Part shown: piece after piece, positions 13,103-26,250 of the stretch | Position numbering within the stretch: the stretch's first letter is position 1 | Layout: each line of letters begins with the position of its first letter | Assembly: GCA_951406725.2 (NCBI GenBank) | Contig: OX597818.1 | Span: forward strand, 39,494,001-39,558,000 | Source of the DNA: Octopus vulgaris | Taxonomy: Eukaryota | DNA: 64,000 nucleotides | Direction of reading: 5' to 3' | Notes under the pieces: generated by a model | Seen by the model: the letters and a program-made list of their open reading frames with translations, nothing else | Databases searched by the model: none | What the model was told of the DNA's origin: nothing | Made by a program: the position numbers and the translations under genes

Positions 13103-13989
13103 TCATCATCATCATCATCCTCATTTAATGTCTGTTGTTCATTCTGGCATGGGTTGGACAGTTTGACTGGGCTGGCATGCTGGCAGGCTGCATCAGACTC
13201 CAGTCTGATTTGGCATAGTTTTCTATGGCTGGATACCCTTCCTATCACCAACCACTTTAAGAGTCTAATGAACTGCATGGATGGCTTTATTGAGTTCCCA
13301 TGATCTAACAGCACTTGACATCATCCTGGTGGGGCCAGAGTATAAAGGTGTCATCAGCATATCATAGCCATAGTGTTTGTTTTAGTGGTGTTGATCCTAA
13401 AGCCAAATTCTCAAAGTATTCCATGTATATATTGGTTATTACTGGTGATAATAGTGAACCCATAAGGACCAAGAAACATTGTATTAACAACAAACAAGAT
13501 GAGGATAAATATCAGTTGAATGTAAATAATGTATATAATTCCTCATCTCTTAAATATAGAACTGAAGAACTTTGATTATCTTAATTTTGAAAAATAAAGG
13601 AAGTATAAAAAAACTGCATTATTTATGGGATGATCTAAGATATATATATACATGTATGTATGTCTCTTTTGCCAAACCACTAAGTTAAGGGGACGTAAAC
13701 ACACCAGCATCGGTTGTCAAGGGATGGTGGTGGGACAAACACAGACACACAAACACATACACACACACACATACACGCACATGTATGTATATAAATATAT
13801 ATATATGACGGGCTTCTTTCTTTTTCCATCTCCCAAATCCACTCCCAAGGCTTTGGTCAGCCTGAGGCTATAGCAGAAGACACATGTCTAAGGTGCCATG
13901 TAGTAGGACGGAACCTGGAACCATGTGATTGGTAAGCAAACTACTTACCACACAGCCACTCCTGCGCCTATTGTAATAATATTTGTAAA

Positions 13990-14408
13990 AGTGGAGGGAA
14001 GCTGAGAAACAGGAAGACCCCAGAAGACATGGGATGAAGTACTGAAGGCTGATCTTAAAATGCTGTGCCTTATGAAGGAGATGACAGAGGACCAAGATAT
14101 GTGACACATTGTTGTACTCAAAAAGATCTGCCCACCACAACAGAATTGACATCCCAAAACCAAAGTGTCATGTAAAAAGCATTGGTGTGGGTGCTGGTTA
14201 CATGTAAAAAGCACTGGCAATGGTGCCATGTAAAAGTACCCAGTATGCTCTGTTGAGTGTTTGATGTTAGGAAGGGCATCTGGCTGTAGGAATCAAGCCA
14301 AAACAGTCTATGGAACCTGGTGAAGCCCCTGGGCTTATTAGTTCCTGTGAAGCCATCCAACCCATAACAGCATAGAAAATGGACATTAAATGATGATGAT
14401 GATGATGA
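13990..14408 (+). mobile_element. RTE LINE 3' end: ORF C-terminus plus 3' UTR plus (GAT)n tail
   Basis: Encodes ...GRPQKTWDEVLKADLKML... directly upstream of the GAT-tailed repeat. Confidence 0.75.
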
Positions 14409-16012
14409 TACCAAAAATATGAGCTAAAAAATTACTCACTACATATAAAAATCCAAGAACTTGTAGATAAGAAATAGCATTTTAAAATCATCATAGAATA
14501 ATGGCTATGTATTTGAACATTAATGCCTTTTATTTGCTTATCTTCTTCATTCCCAGTTATTTATTCACCTACGCATGTCATAAAAAATTTAAGTTATTTT
14601 AATTATGTTCTTCAGATGAAAATTTATTTTAGTTATAAATTTGAATTTTCCCTGATTTTAATTCCTTTAACCTATGCTTCTTTTTCAGCATCACAGAAAA
14701 TGTTAGCATTTTATAGAAAATATTAAATGTTGTAATTAATACTTTTTTTCTTATAATTTCCTTTAAGTAATTACATTTTGCAATGTATGTTTAACAGAAA
14801 AGATATCTACATATGTGTGTGTGTGTATGTGTACTTGTTAAAAATCTGGCAGTTTCTTTAATTGCACATAGAGAAGGAAATAAAAACAGGTATTGTTTAT
14901 ATTATTGATGGTTTTCTTTTTAAATAGTTCTTGTTTTCCAAGTTGCTTTATTTATTAAGTCTTCACATTTTTTTAGATGTAAACACTCAACTTTTAATTA
15001 CATTCCTACAAACTAATTTCCTGTAAACAGAAAACAAACAGAACAATAATACAATGCGTGAGTTTTCCCTGAGACAAGCAGGGAGCATCATATGTGGTTG
15101 CTCAACCTGCTAGAAATAATAACCAAACCTCCTTCAAATCTTGCTTTATTTCTCCTAAATAAAGAAAGGACTCATAAGATAACTTAGTCCTACTTGCCTT
15201 CAAAAGACAAGAAAGCAATGGTTGAAATTCTAAGCCATGTTCCCTCAAATATTTTTGCACCAAATGCACACAGAAATATGCATTGTCTGCAAATTTTGTC
15301 TTCTTTTATGAAGTATGCACACATCCATGCAAGTAACAATCTTTTATCTTTCTATCTTTTACTTGTTTCAGTAAGTTGACTGTGGTCATGCTGGAGCACT
15401 GCCTTTGCTGGGGGAATGGAAAACAAATTTGCCCAAGTATTTATTTTTTAAACCTGGTACTTATTGTATTCTATCAGTTAATCTTACCAAACTGCTAAGT
15501 TACGGGGAGATAAATAAAATAACAATTTTAAGCAGTGGGGATTATAAACACAAACACACATACGTATGCATACATACATACATACATACATACACACACA
15601 CACATATAGAAACACACACATTTATATACGAGTGGCTTCCATGTAGTTATGATGTACTAAATTCACTCACAAGGCATTGGTTAGCCTTGGATTACAATAG
15701 AAGACATCCAAGGTGCCTCACCATGGGATGGAACCTGAAACTATATGGTTTTACAGCAAGCTATTTAACCACACAGCCAATCCTGCCTGCTCAAATTTCT
15801 TCAACTAAAAATATCTGATGTCTTCTTGAAAACCTTGTGTGTGCACATCTTTTTCTTTCCTAATTGCAAAACATCTGTGTGCATGCATGTGGACGTGTGT
15901 ATGTGTGTGTGTGCGTGTGTGTGTGTGAGAGAGAGAGAGAGAGTGCACAAGTGCACACATACACAAGCACACAGCTTAGAGGAAATACTGATCATGCTAT
16001 TTATTATTATGA

Positions 16013-16675
16013 CCGGATTCCAACCTGGAACACAGCAACAAAATTCCACTCGCCACACTTCTCAGTCCATCATCACTGCCACTGGGTCCTGGATACAGTC
16101 CAGGCCAGTGTCTGCAATCAAGGTGTCAATGTAGGTGTGACAATGTTTTCTTCTTCTTACATCACCATGAAGTGGATTCCTCAAGACTAATTTGGATGCT
16201 TCTAGTCCAGGATGGCACACACAGTGTTATTTGTTCCTTCTTGAGCCATGCCTGGCTCATAAGGGCCGGTTTCCCGGTTTCCTTGGCATATAGGTTCCCC
16301 ACCTGAACGGGACGCCGGTCCATCGCAGGTGAGCTGCAAGATGCAGGAGGAAAGGGTGAGGGAAAGTTGTGACGAAAGAGTCAGCAGAAGTTCGCCATTA
16401 CCTACTGCCAGAGCCGCGTGGAGCTTAGGTGTTTCGCTCATAAACACACACATTGCCCGGTCTGATATTCGAACCCGCGATCCCTTGACCACAAGTCCAC
16501 TGCTCTAATTACTAGGCAATGTGCCTTCACCACACGCAGTGACCAGATAGTCACAACCATCTTTGCTTGATCTTTGCGCTAACTTTTGGCAGGTCTCCAT
16601 AAAGGTATTTATTTGTCATGTGTTGCTGCCATTTCACATTTAGAGCCATTCATAGCATCCTTGTGTAGCATCCAT
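16013..16675 (-). mobile_element. RTE LINE fragment interrupted by a tRNA-SINE (16227-16530)
   Basis: Degenerate GCYTRML.MALNVKWQQH...TYIDTLIADTGL. The SINE is flanked by the 11-bp TSD cacacacagtg/cacacgcagtg. Confidence 0.75.
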
Positions 16676-16847
16676 TTAGTTATACTCAACTAGGGCTGAC
16701 CTAGGGTTTAACAGCAACTTTTTTTTTCTAAAATGCACCAGTAACAGAGCTTAAATCCTTAAAAATCCTTTAAAATGTTTTAGCCCGAAGGCCGTGGCCA
16801 TGCTGGGGCACCACCGCTGGTTTGTAATTTTTAGTTTTGCTAGAATA

Positions 16848-17288
16848 AACAACAACAACAGTAGCACCAGCAGCAACAATATTATCAACAGTGGCAGCAG
16901 CAGTAGCAACAACAACAACAATGATGATGACGATGACAATAACGACAACTACAACAATAACGACAACTACAACAACAATAATAGCAACAGCAGCAACAAT
17001 ATTATCATCATCATCAACAGCAGCAGCAGTAACAACAACAACCGTAGCAACAGTAGCAACAATATTATCATCATCATCATCAGCAGCAACAACAACAGCC
17101 ACAGCAACAACAACAACAACAACAATAATAGCAATGGCAGCAACAATATTATCCTCCTCCTCATCATCATCATCAGCAGCAGCAGCAGTAACAACAACAG
17201 TGGCAACAACAGCAATAATATTATAAACAGCAGCAGCTGCAACAACAACAACAGCAGCAGCAGTAGCAACAACAACAGCAGCAACAAT
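16848..17288. repeat. Compound trinucleotide (AAC/AGC/ATC) microsatellite
   Basis: Seen directly. A (GAA)n array lies at 17688-17770. Confidence 0.95.
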
Positions 17289-17740
17289 CTTTTATGAAAT
17301 GTTTATTAACAGAAAATACAGTAGCTAGCTCAGGTAGTTTATTCCCCAAACAATCAACAAATATCATAGTACTTATTACCTGTTTCTTTATCTAATCACC
17401 TGTGCAAATATGAATGCATGTGGTATGTAAGAAGAGCAGGCCACTGGTGAAAAAGAGAGCAGGGAAGAGGGGAGCTAGATTACAGATGGGAACAGGTATA
17501 ACTGTCAGCATGAAAGCAAGAAAGCGAGAGGTTTATCAAAGGATTGAAGCTGCTACTGAAAGGCAGCAGGCAAAAGAGAGATGCAAGATGAAGGGCATGT
17601 AAGGAGGGAAAGAAGAAGTGTGAATATGAAAGAGAAAAGGAGAGATAGAGAGGCAGAAAGAGAGTAAGTGAAGGTGTGTGTGAGAGGAGAAGAAGAAGAA
17701 GAAGAAGAAGAAGAAGAAGAAGAAGAAGAAGAAGAAGAAG

Positions 17741-17771
<31 letters not shown>

Positions 17772-17922
17772 GGAAAGAAAAAAGCTTCTTATCTTTTATC
17801 ATTTACTTGTTTCAGTCATTGGATAGCAGCCATTGTGGGGCACCACTTTGAAGGGTTTAGTTGAACAAACTGACCCCAGTACTTACTTTTAAGTAAGTAC
17901 TGGGGTAGTACTATGGTAGAAG

Positions 17923-18338
17923 CAAACCTGGGCACCAAACTGTTAATCTGTTAATTGTTAGTTAATGAAGTTAACATTTTTGTTAATGGGATAACATTAA
18001 AGTTAACTTTGGAAATCATAATCGGACTAATTAATTTTCGTTACATTTAACTTCTGTTAACTCAAGTCAACTTGAATTAGTTTTCCTTAAGGTCAATTCA
18101 ATTGAAGATAATGGATTTTATAGTTTTGGCACTTTTTTAAAGGTGTTTTTAAGTGGTTTTAGAACAAAAACTGTTTTTTTGTTTTTTATTTATAATAAAA
18201 ATTAACATTAATGGTTTATCGATAACTTCCATTACATTACAAAATAATTAACTGATTAACAGTTATGAAAGTTAATTTTTTGATTAACGGATTAATGGTT
18301 AACAAAGTTAACTTTTCAATTAGCAGTGCCCACCTTTA
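17923..18338. mobile_element. hAT-like MITE rich in GTTAAC motifs, inserted in a SINE
   Basis: Imperfect TIR caaacctgggcac / gtgcccaccttta and a diverged 8-bp TSD ggtagaag/ggcataag. The host SINE resumes after it. Confidence 0.6.
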
Positions 18339-19648
18339 GGCATAAGACACTTTCCCAAGGTGCTGTAGAGTGGGACTGAACCTGAAACTACATAGTTGCA
18401 AAGAGAGCTCCTTAACCACATGACAAAGCCTGCACCAATAGACACAACATATGCAGACAATTCGTCGACAGACAATATCTTTTTATAAATAAATTATTTT
18501 TTATTTCTAAGTCTAATAAAACGTTTTTGTAATTTTTACTTTGTTTTTAAAAAATGTTGACATACTGTCCTTTCAGCAAATTGTCCAATTGGTCAATTGT
18601 TCTGTCTGTAAGTTGTCTGTCAGCCAACTGTCTGTTAACAAATTGTCCATCTACCAGACACAAAGCCTCAGATTTCTGAGAGGAAATACTTGAAATATAA
18701 TATAGAAATCAGTTCTTGAGAGATTCTTTATCTCATTGATCCAGAAGAATAAACGATATAAAAGAAAAACAAAATTGACTTCAGTAGAATTTGAACTCAG
18801 ATTGTAATAGGTTTAATTAGCCTGATACATTTTGTCCAAAACTCTAACAATTGTGCTAATGCACCATTCTCACTAGGTGCTTCACATTGCTTAACTCCCA
18901 ATTGACAAAATTATTTTCTACTCTATGCTCAAGGCCCGAAATTTTTGGGGAGGGGACCAGTCGATTAGATTGAACCCAGTACACAACTGGTACTTAATTT
19001 ATTAACCCCAAATTGATGTAGGGCAAAGACAATCTTCGCGGAATTTGAAATAAGAATGTAAAGACAGACTAAATACCTATTTCTTTATTACCCACAAGGG
19101 GCTAAACATAGAGGGGACAAACAAGGACAGACATAGGTATTAAGTTGATTACATCAACCCCAGTGCGTAACTGGTACTTAATTTATCGACCCCCGAAAGG
19201 ATGAAAGGCAAAGTCGACCTCAGCGGAATTTGAACTCAGAACGTAGCAGCAGACAAATACTGCCAAGCATTTCGCCAGGCATGCTAACGATTCTGCCAGC
19301 TTGCCACCTTCCCAATTGATAAAATTAAGCAAACTCTGAGCCTAGTTAGGTTTTTTTAGATTCTTTATCATTAATCATTTGTCATTTGTCTTTTACTTAT
19401 TTCAGTCATTAGACTGCAGCCATGCTGGAGCACTACTTTGAAAGGTTTAGTGAAACAAATCAATCTTAGTACTTATTTATTTGAAATCTTGTACTTATTC
19501 TGTCCATCTCTTTTGCCAAACTGTTTAGTTATGGGGACATAAACAAACCAACTGCAGTTGTCAAGTGGTAGAAAGGGAGGTGAGAGACAAACACAAATGC
19601 AAATACACACACAATAGAATAAGAAATGGAAAATCCTTGGTATAGAAC

Positions 19649-20293
19649 GGGGAAAGGATAGATAGACAGAAAGATAGGGAGAAAGAGAGAGAGAGAGAGA
19701 GAGATGTTTCTTTTCAATTTGATCTAGTCAATTCATTGAAATTTCATTACAAAGTAATTTTCTTTGTTTTCTTCCTCCTTTCTTTTTCATTTTTCCATTT
19801 TATACTTATTAACATATTTGTAAATAACTACATTTCCTCACAAGGGCTGGTCACTTTTCAAAGGTATCAATTTTAGGAAGCAGGATGGAAGAAATAAGAA
19901 AAGGGGGAGGGTGCAGTCATTACTGAAAAAAAAAGATCATTAAAATTCAAAGTACTACGAAAATGTATATTCTTCTACACTAGCCAATTCCCATATTGTG
20001 TGTAATTCTATGTTTTGACTGTAAAAGAATACACGACTCACCCTCCCCACTTTTCTTATTTCTTCCATCCTATTTCCTAAAATTGACACCTTTGAAAGGT
20101 GACCAGTTCTTGTGAGAAAATGTATTTATTTACAAATAAACATATACAACGAAAAAACAATAAAGAAAGGAGAAAGAAGAAAAGAAACATTGCTTTGTAA
20201 TGAAATTTCAATGAATTGAATGCACCAAATTGAAAAGAAACCCACCTCTCTCCTCTCTCTCTATTCTTCTATCTATCTATCTACCCTTTCCCA
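19649..20293. repeat. Long imperfect inverted repeat (~270-bp arms, ~115-bp spacer)
   Basis: 19649-19918 is the reverse complement of 20035-20293 (for example caattcattgaaatttcattacaaag / ctttgtaatgaaatttcaatgaattg). Confidence 0.85.
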
Positions 20294-20579
20294 ATCCTTA
20301 TTTTTTACTCTTCTTTCTTGATTGTCCGGAAACTACTCTCCCTATCTGTTTCCCTACCACTTTTCTTTTCTACATCTCTCTGTGCCTTTTTCCCAAAAAT
20401 AAAAAATACAATATTCTCCTCTTCTAAATAAAACAAAAATAAAAGCATCCGGTTCATATGTCTGAGCAATGAAACGTTCTGTTTTTACCATGTTGATTTT
20501 GATCTTATCTTCACTAGTTAAAAAACAAAAGAAAGTGCTAATAAAGGATTATTCAAAATTCTGACTGCTTCCTTCTTCT

Positions 20580-20622
<43 letters not shown>

Positions 20623-20816
20623 TGTATGTATGTATGCATGTATATGTAAATATAGATATGTATGTATGCATATATGTATGTATGTATGTATGTATTTATC
20701 TTATCTATCTCTTCCTCTATATATACACACACACACACACACAGATTTTTTCTTGTCTGCCTTTGTATCGTCTATTTGTCTGGATGTTTTATTGTCCTCT
20801 ATTGCGTTTTTGTTCC

Positions 20817-20859
<43 letters not shown>

Positions 20860-21052
20860 TCATCATCATTATCATCATCATCATCAACATCGTTTAACGT
20901 CTGCTTTCCATGCAGGCATGGACTGGATGGTTTGACTGAAGGCTGGCAAGCCAGAAGGCTGGCAAGCCAGAAGGCTGGCAAGCCAGAAGGCTGGCAAGCC
21001 AGAAGGCTGCACCAGGCTCCAATCCAATATATATATATATATAGATAGATAA

Positions 21053-21083
<31 letters not shown>

Positions 21084-21136
21084 TATTATTTATATTATTA
21101 TTTGATTGAATGCCACGCATCCATTTCCAAGTAAGT

Positions 21137-21700
<564 letters not shown>

Positions 21701-22409
21701 CGGAGTTCTTGACTGGTAGCACTTGCATGTGCAAGTTGTTTGCAAGACATGTTACAGAGTAGGAGAGGGAGAGAGAATGGGTGAGATGATAGAAAAGTAG
21801 AGAAGAAGAGAAAAGTAGAGAATATGTGAAACAGTGAGGATAACAAAAGAGAGTGAATAAAAGAAGAATAACTGAAAGAAAACTAAGTGAGCCACAAGAA
21901 GAATTTGGATCAAGGCTTGAAGCACAAACATCAGGAATTACTGAAAGAAGGTAAAAATTACCGTTGTTTTTGGTGAGTACTATACTTATATATATATGTA
22001 TATGTGTATATATGCATAAATATATGCATGCCTGTATATATGCATACATACATGGATATACTTATATATATGTATATGTGTATATATGCATACATATATG
22101 CATGCCTGTATATATGCATACATACATGGATATAAGCATATTTATTCATACAGGCATACATAAATACACAAACATATAAAGCACCCATAAACACATACAT
22201 ATATTCATACACAAATATATGGCAAAATTCAATGCATACTTACTCACAAACTTGCATACAACCATACATATACCCATACACGCATGTAGATAAATACATA
22301 ATTATATAGGCATATATTATATTTTTAAACAATGTTATAGTCATTAGTATAACTCAATTTTGCCATAAAAATCAATATCTTCTATGTACAGGAACATTTA
22401 AACACCATT

Positions 22410-22544
22410 TCAAGAATACCACGATTTCTTTGCCGGTTTAATTTTCAAGACACCTGTCTGGAAAAGGATTGGGAAGAGGAAACAAGCGAAAACCAAAACT
22501 CCTACTAAGTAATGAGCCATTATTGGAATCTGGAACAGTTTGGC
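22410..22544 (-). CDS. 7-TM GRL-like gene last coding exon I (TM7a/7b and stop)
   Basis: Acceptor ...tatactttcag|. 135 nt, phase 0. Encodes AKLFQIPIMAHYLVGVLVFACFLFPILFQTGVLKIKPAKKSWYS followed by TGA. Confidence 0.85.
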   Translation of the reverse strand, partial: AKLFQIPIMAHYLVGVLVFACFLFPILFQTGVLKIKPAKKSWYS

Positions 22545-22854
22545 CTGAAAGTATAAAGAAGAATTGAAAGATTATTTGGTAAGAACCATGATAGAGAAAA
22601 ATTATTGCAAAATATAAACATGGTATTTTTTTCATTCCCACTCACCCACAAGCAACTCTGTACGCTGTTAAAGCGAACCATTATCAAAATATAGCTGAAA
22701 CACCTAACTGCAATAATAAAAATAATATGCTATTCCTGTGAAGGAAATCTTAGTATCCTTCAAGAAGATACAACAATCTGAATTTAGTCAACCATATTGA
22801 AACATAGTCACTATGCATCATCATCATCATCATCATCATCATCATAATCATCAA

Positions 22855-22893
<39 letters not shown>

Positions 22894-25870
22894 TTAGCAT
22901 CTGTTTTCCATGCTAGAACGGATATGATGGTTTGACTAGGAGTTGGTAAGCTGGAGTTCTCTAGTCTGTTTCAGCTTGGTTTCTAAGTCTGAATACCCTT
23001 CCTAACACAAACCACTCTACAGAGTGTACTGGGTGCCATTTATGCGTCACTGGCCATGACTACAATTTAGCTTAGCTTGACATATCTTCTCAAGTACAGC
23101 AAATCACCAAAGGTCTCAATCACTTGTCATTGCCTTTATGAGACACATTTGAAGATCATACTTCACCACCTCATCTGGATATACCTGATATCATGTGAAC
23201 CAGTCCTTCCACCTAAGGGTTAAATAAGCCTTATGCTTTGAGAGTAAGCTCAGGAAAGCATGAAGCTAGTGGAATAAACTGTAAATAAGCAAGAGGCAAT
23301 GGGAAACCACTGCTGTATGAATCTTCAAAGCATAAATCTTCAAACTTTGGCCTGAAGGTCCATGATCACCAGTACTTATAAAACTGGTCAGCCACATGAA
23401 GAGTGAGTGATCCTTGCCATACATTTTTTCAAAACATTCTTCTATGGAACTATAGTCCTTCAAAATTCCATCGATCTACATTTTCTCTAGGGACATTGAT
23501 TTGAACAAGTGATAGTCAAATACTGATTACATCAGTGCCAACAAACTAGAAAAAGCAAAGGAGCTTTTACATTGTTGCTCAACCTACTGGAAATGATAAT
23601 TCAGTCTCACTCAAATCACACCCACACCCCACCAAGCAAGGATATTTGAAAATTGGGTGGAGTTAAGAGCAGAGTGATTGGCAATAACCAAGGTAGATAA
23701 AGGTAAAGGCAGGTAATGAGTAACAATAGAGGTGGCCCCAGAGGATGTGTGTATATGTGTGTACAATTCTGATATACACATCCATATACACATATACACG
23801 CATACACACACATAAGGTTCATTTGAAAGTTCCCGGCTTAATTGTAAAGCACCTCGGGAGTATGAATCAACTCTAACACAGCAAAAAATAATAATAACTT
23901 TATATAGTAATTTGGCTCATTAGAAATAGCAGCCAAATTTTTCCTCAAATCATACTCTACAGTTTAATTACAAGGAAACCATACTAGACTGTTTTAGTTC
24001 CAGATATATGAAAAGATGGTATAGTCACAGTTTAAGAGTTTAAGTTCCAGATATATGAAAAGATGGTATAGTCACAGTTTAATAGGTTTATTTCATGAAG
24101 GCTGACCTGCAGCTATATAGCAAAAACTATATCACAAGCATAACCAATTTGCTGTTACAGCCAGGATTTAGTGGCCATTTTACCTGTGGTTTCACCTATC
24201 TTTACTCCAATGGGAAGAAAGACTAAATTAATGAGAAAACTCAGGACTACCGAGACCATACACAAGTGCCTTCTTTTGTAGCCTTGGGTTAACCAAAGAC
24301 AATTGTTGGTGCTTAAGTGAGTGCAAAGCCATATGTGTACACTTATGATTTCTATTCATTTAGCCAGTTGTGAGCCTTTCAAAACTGAAAATGTTTGTTG
24401 TTTGTCATTAATACTAGCCATGTGTAACAAATTATTACAGCATCTTGGGTTGTTTTCATCTGAACATAGGTGAAATCTGTCCATAGGAAAAAACTAATTC
24501 CATACCTATTCAGGCAAAGCATACAGGTTAAGGGGTGAAACACTTGCAGCCCTGAGATACCTGCTGATAATAGAGAAGGGTTTTGAACATTGCAATGTAT
24601 TTATAACTAACTCCAGAAGTTTTTGTATGGGACGATGTATCTTTGATATTTATTTCACCCATAAATAATGCATATGAAATTAGATCATTGACTACAGCTA
24701 TGCTACTTAATGTTTTTATACAGATCTTTCCTTACAAATAAAGGCTGGATTGACCTCCTCCAAAATTATATTTACAAGTAACATATACAAATTAAAGTTA
24801 AATAAAGTTGGATAATGCCTTTTCTTTAAAAGCATAATCTTTTATTATAAAGCAGTTGGTCTCTGTCTGTCTGTGCATCTGTCTATAACAGTATTTGTGT
24901 AGAGAGAGGGGAGAAGAGGAGAAAAAAGTTGTTGAGAGAGAAATACAGTGAGAGAGAGAGAGATAGTGTGTGCGAGAGAGAGAGAGAGTGTGTGTGTGTA
25001 TGTGTGTATGAAAGATAGATAAATAGGTAGTGTTGTCACTTTAGTAATTAACAAGTTTTGATTAAAAATGCAGGAATTTTACGTGCAAGTCTGTCAACAC
25101 AATGCAATGAAGACATCAAAAAGACTATATATACATCATCATTATTGTTTAACGTCCGCTTTCCATGCTAGCATGGGTCAGACAAATGACTGAGGGCTGG
25201 CGAACCAGATGGCTGCACCAGGCTTCAATCTTGATCTGGCGGAGTTTCAACAGCTGGATGCCCTTCCTAACGCCAACCATGTTGCGAGTGTAGTGGGTGC
25301 GTTTACGTGCCACCGGCACGGGGTCAGTCAGGCGGTACTAGCAACAACCTCACTCGAATCTTTTACACATGCCACTGGCACAGGTACCAGTAAGGCGATG
25401 TTGATATATATTTATATATATAATGCATTCAGTTATTTTGGGTGGAGGGGTTGTTTGTGTATGTGTATGTGTGTGTACATGTATGTGAGTGTGTGTGTAT
25501 GTGTTGAGTATGTGAGTGAGTGAGTTAGTGTGTGTGTGTGTATGTGTGTGTGTGTGTGTTTCTATATGTCTTTCAACATATAAACAACACAACAGTCTTT
25601 AAAATAAGATTTTCACTTTGAATAATTTATGAAGGTATGTGCATGATCAACAAACATTTTTACCAGCAGTGTGGCAACAAGTAGCAACTTAGTAACACAC
25701 TAACAATAAGTAGACATTGATCTTTGGAATTTTCAGTAACAAACTATCGAGCTATTGTCACTTTTTCCCAATATAAGTCTAAATATGTATGTGAGTGTGT
25801 GTAAGTATGGGGAGAAGGTGAGTGTATGTATTCATATATATGTATGTAGTGTATATAGTTAATACATTAC

Positions 25871-26002
25871 CCTGAGTTTTGCATTGCTTGTGAATAACAC
25901 ATAGGAATCAAGTTCAGCTTGAGGTAGAGCTTTATATCCATTGGCTGCAAATGATAAAGCATCGTTATGGAAACGCTTGCATGCAGAGTTTACACGGGCT
26001 GC
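25871..26002 (-). CDS. 7-TM GRL-like gene exon H (TM6-TM7 loop)
   Basis: Strong acceptor ...tttctttttag| and donor |gtaatg. 132 nt, phase 0/0. Encodes AARVNSACKRFHNDALSFAANGYKALPQAELDSYVLFTSNAKLR. Not present in the ORF track. Confidence 0.85.
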
Positions 26003-26155
26003 CTAAAAAGAAAAAAAAAAGAACAAGAAAGGAAACAAGTAATGAACAAGGAAAGCAAAAACAAGAATTAATTCATGTATAAGTGTGTCATCATTATCAT
26101 CATTGTCATCATCGTCGTCGTCATCATTGACATTATCTTCATCATCATCATCAAT

Positions 26156-26197
<42 letters not shown>

Positions 26198-26218
26198 TTC
26201 ATCATCATCATTATCATC

Positions 26219-26250
<32 letters not shown>

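Noticed and set aside
23995-24082. 40-bp local tandem duplication
   Set aside because: An ordinary slippage-type duplication with no further structure.
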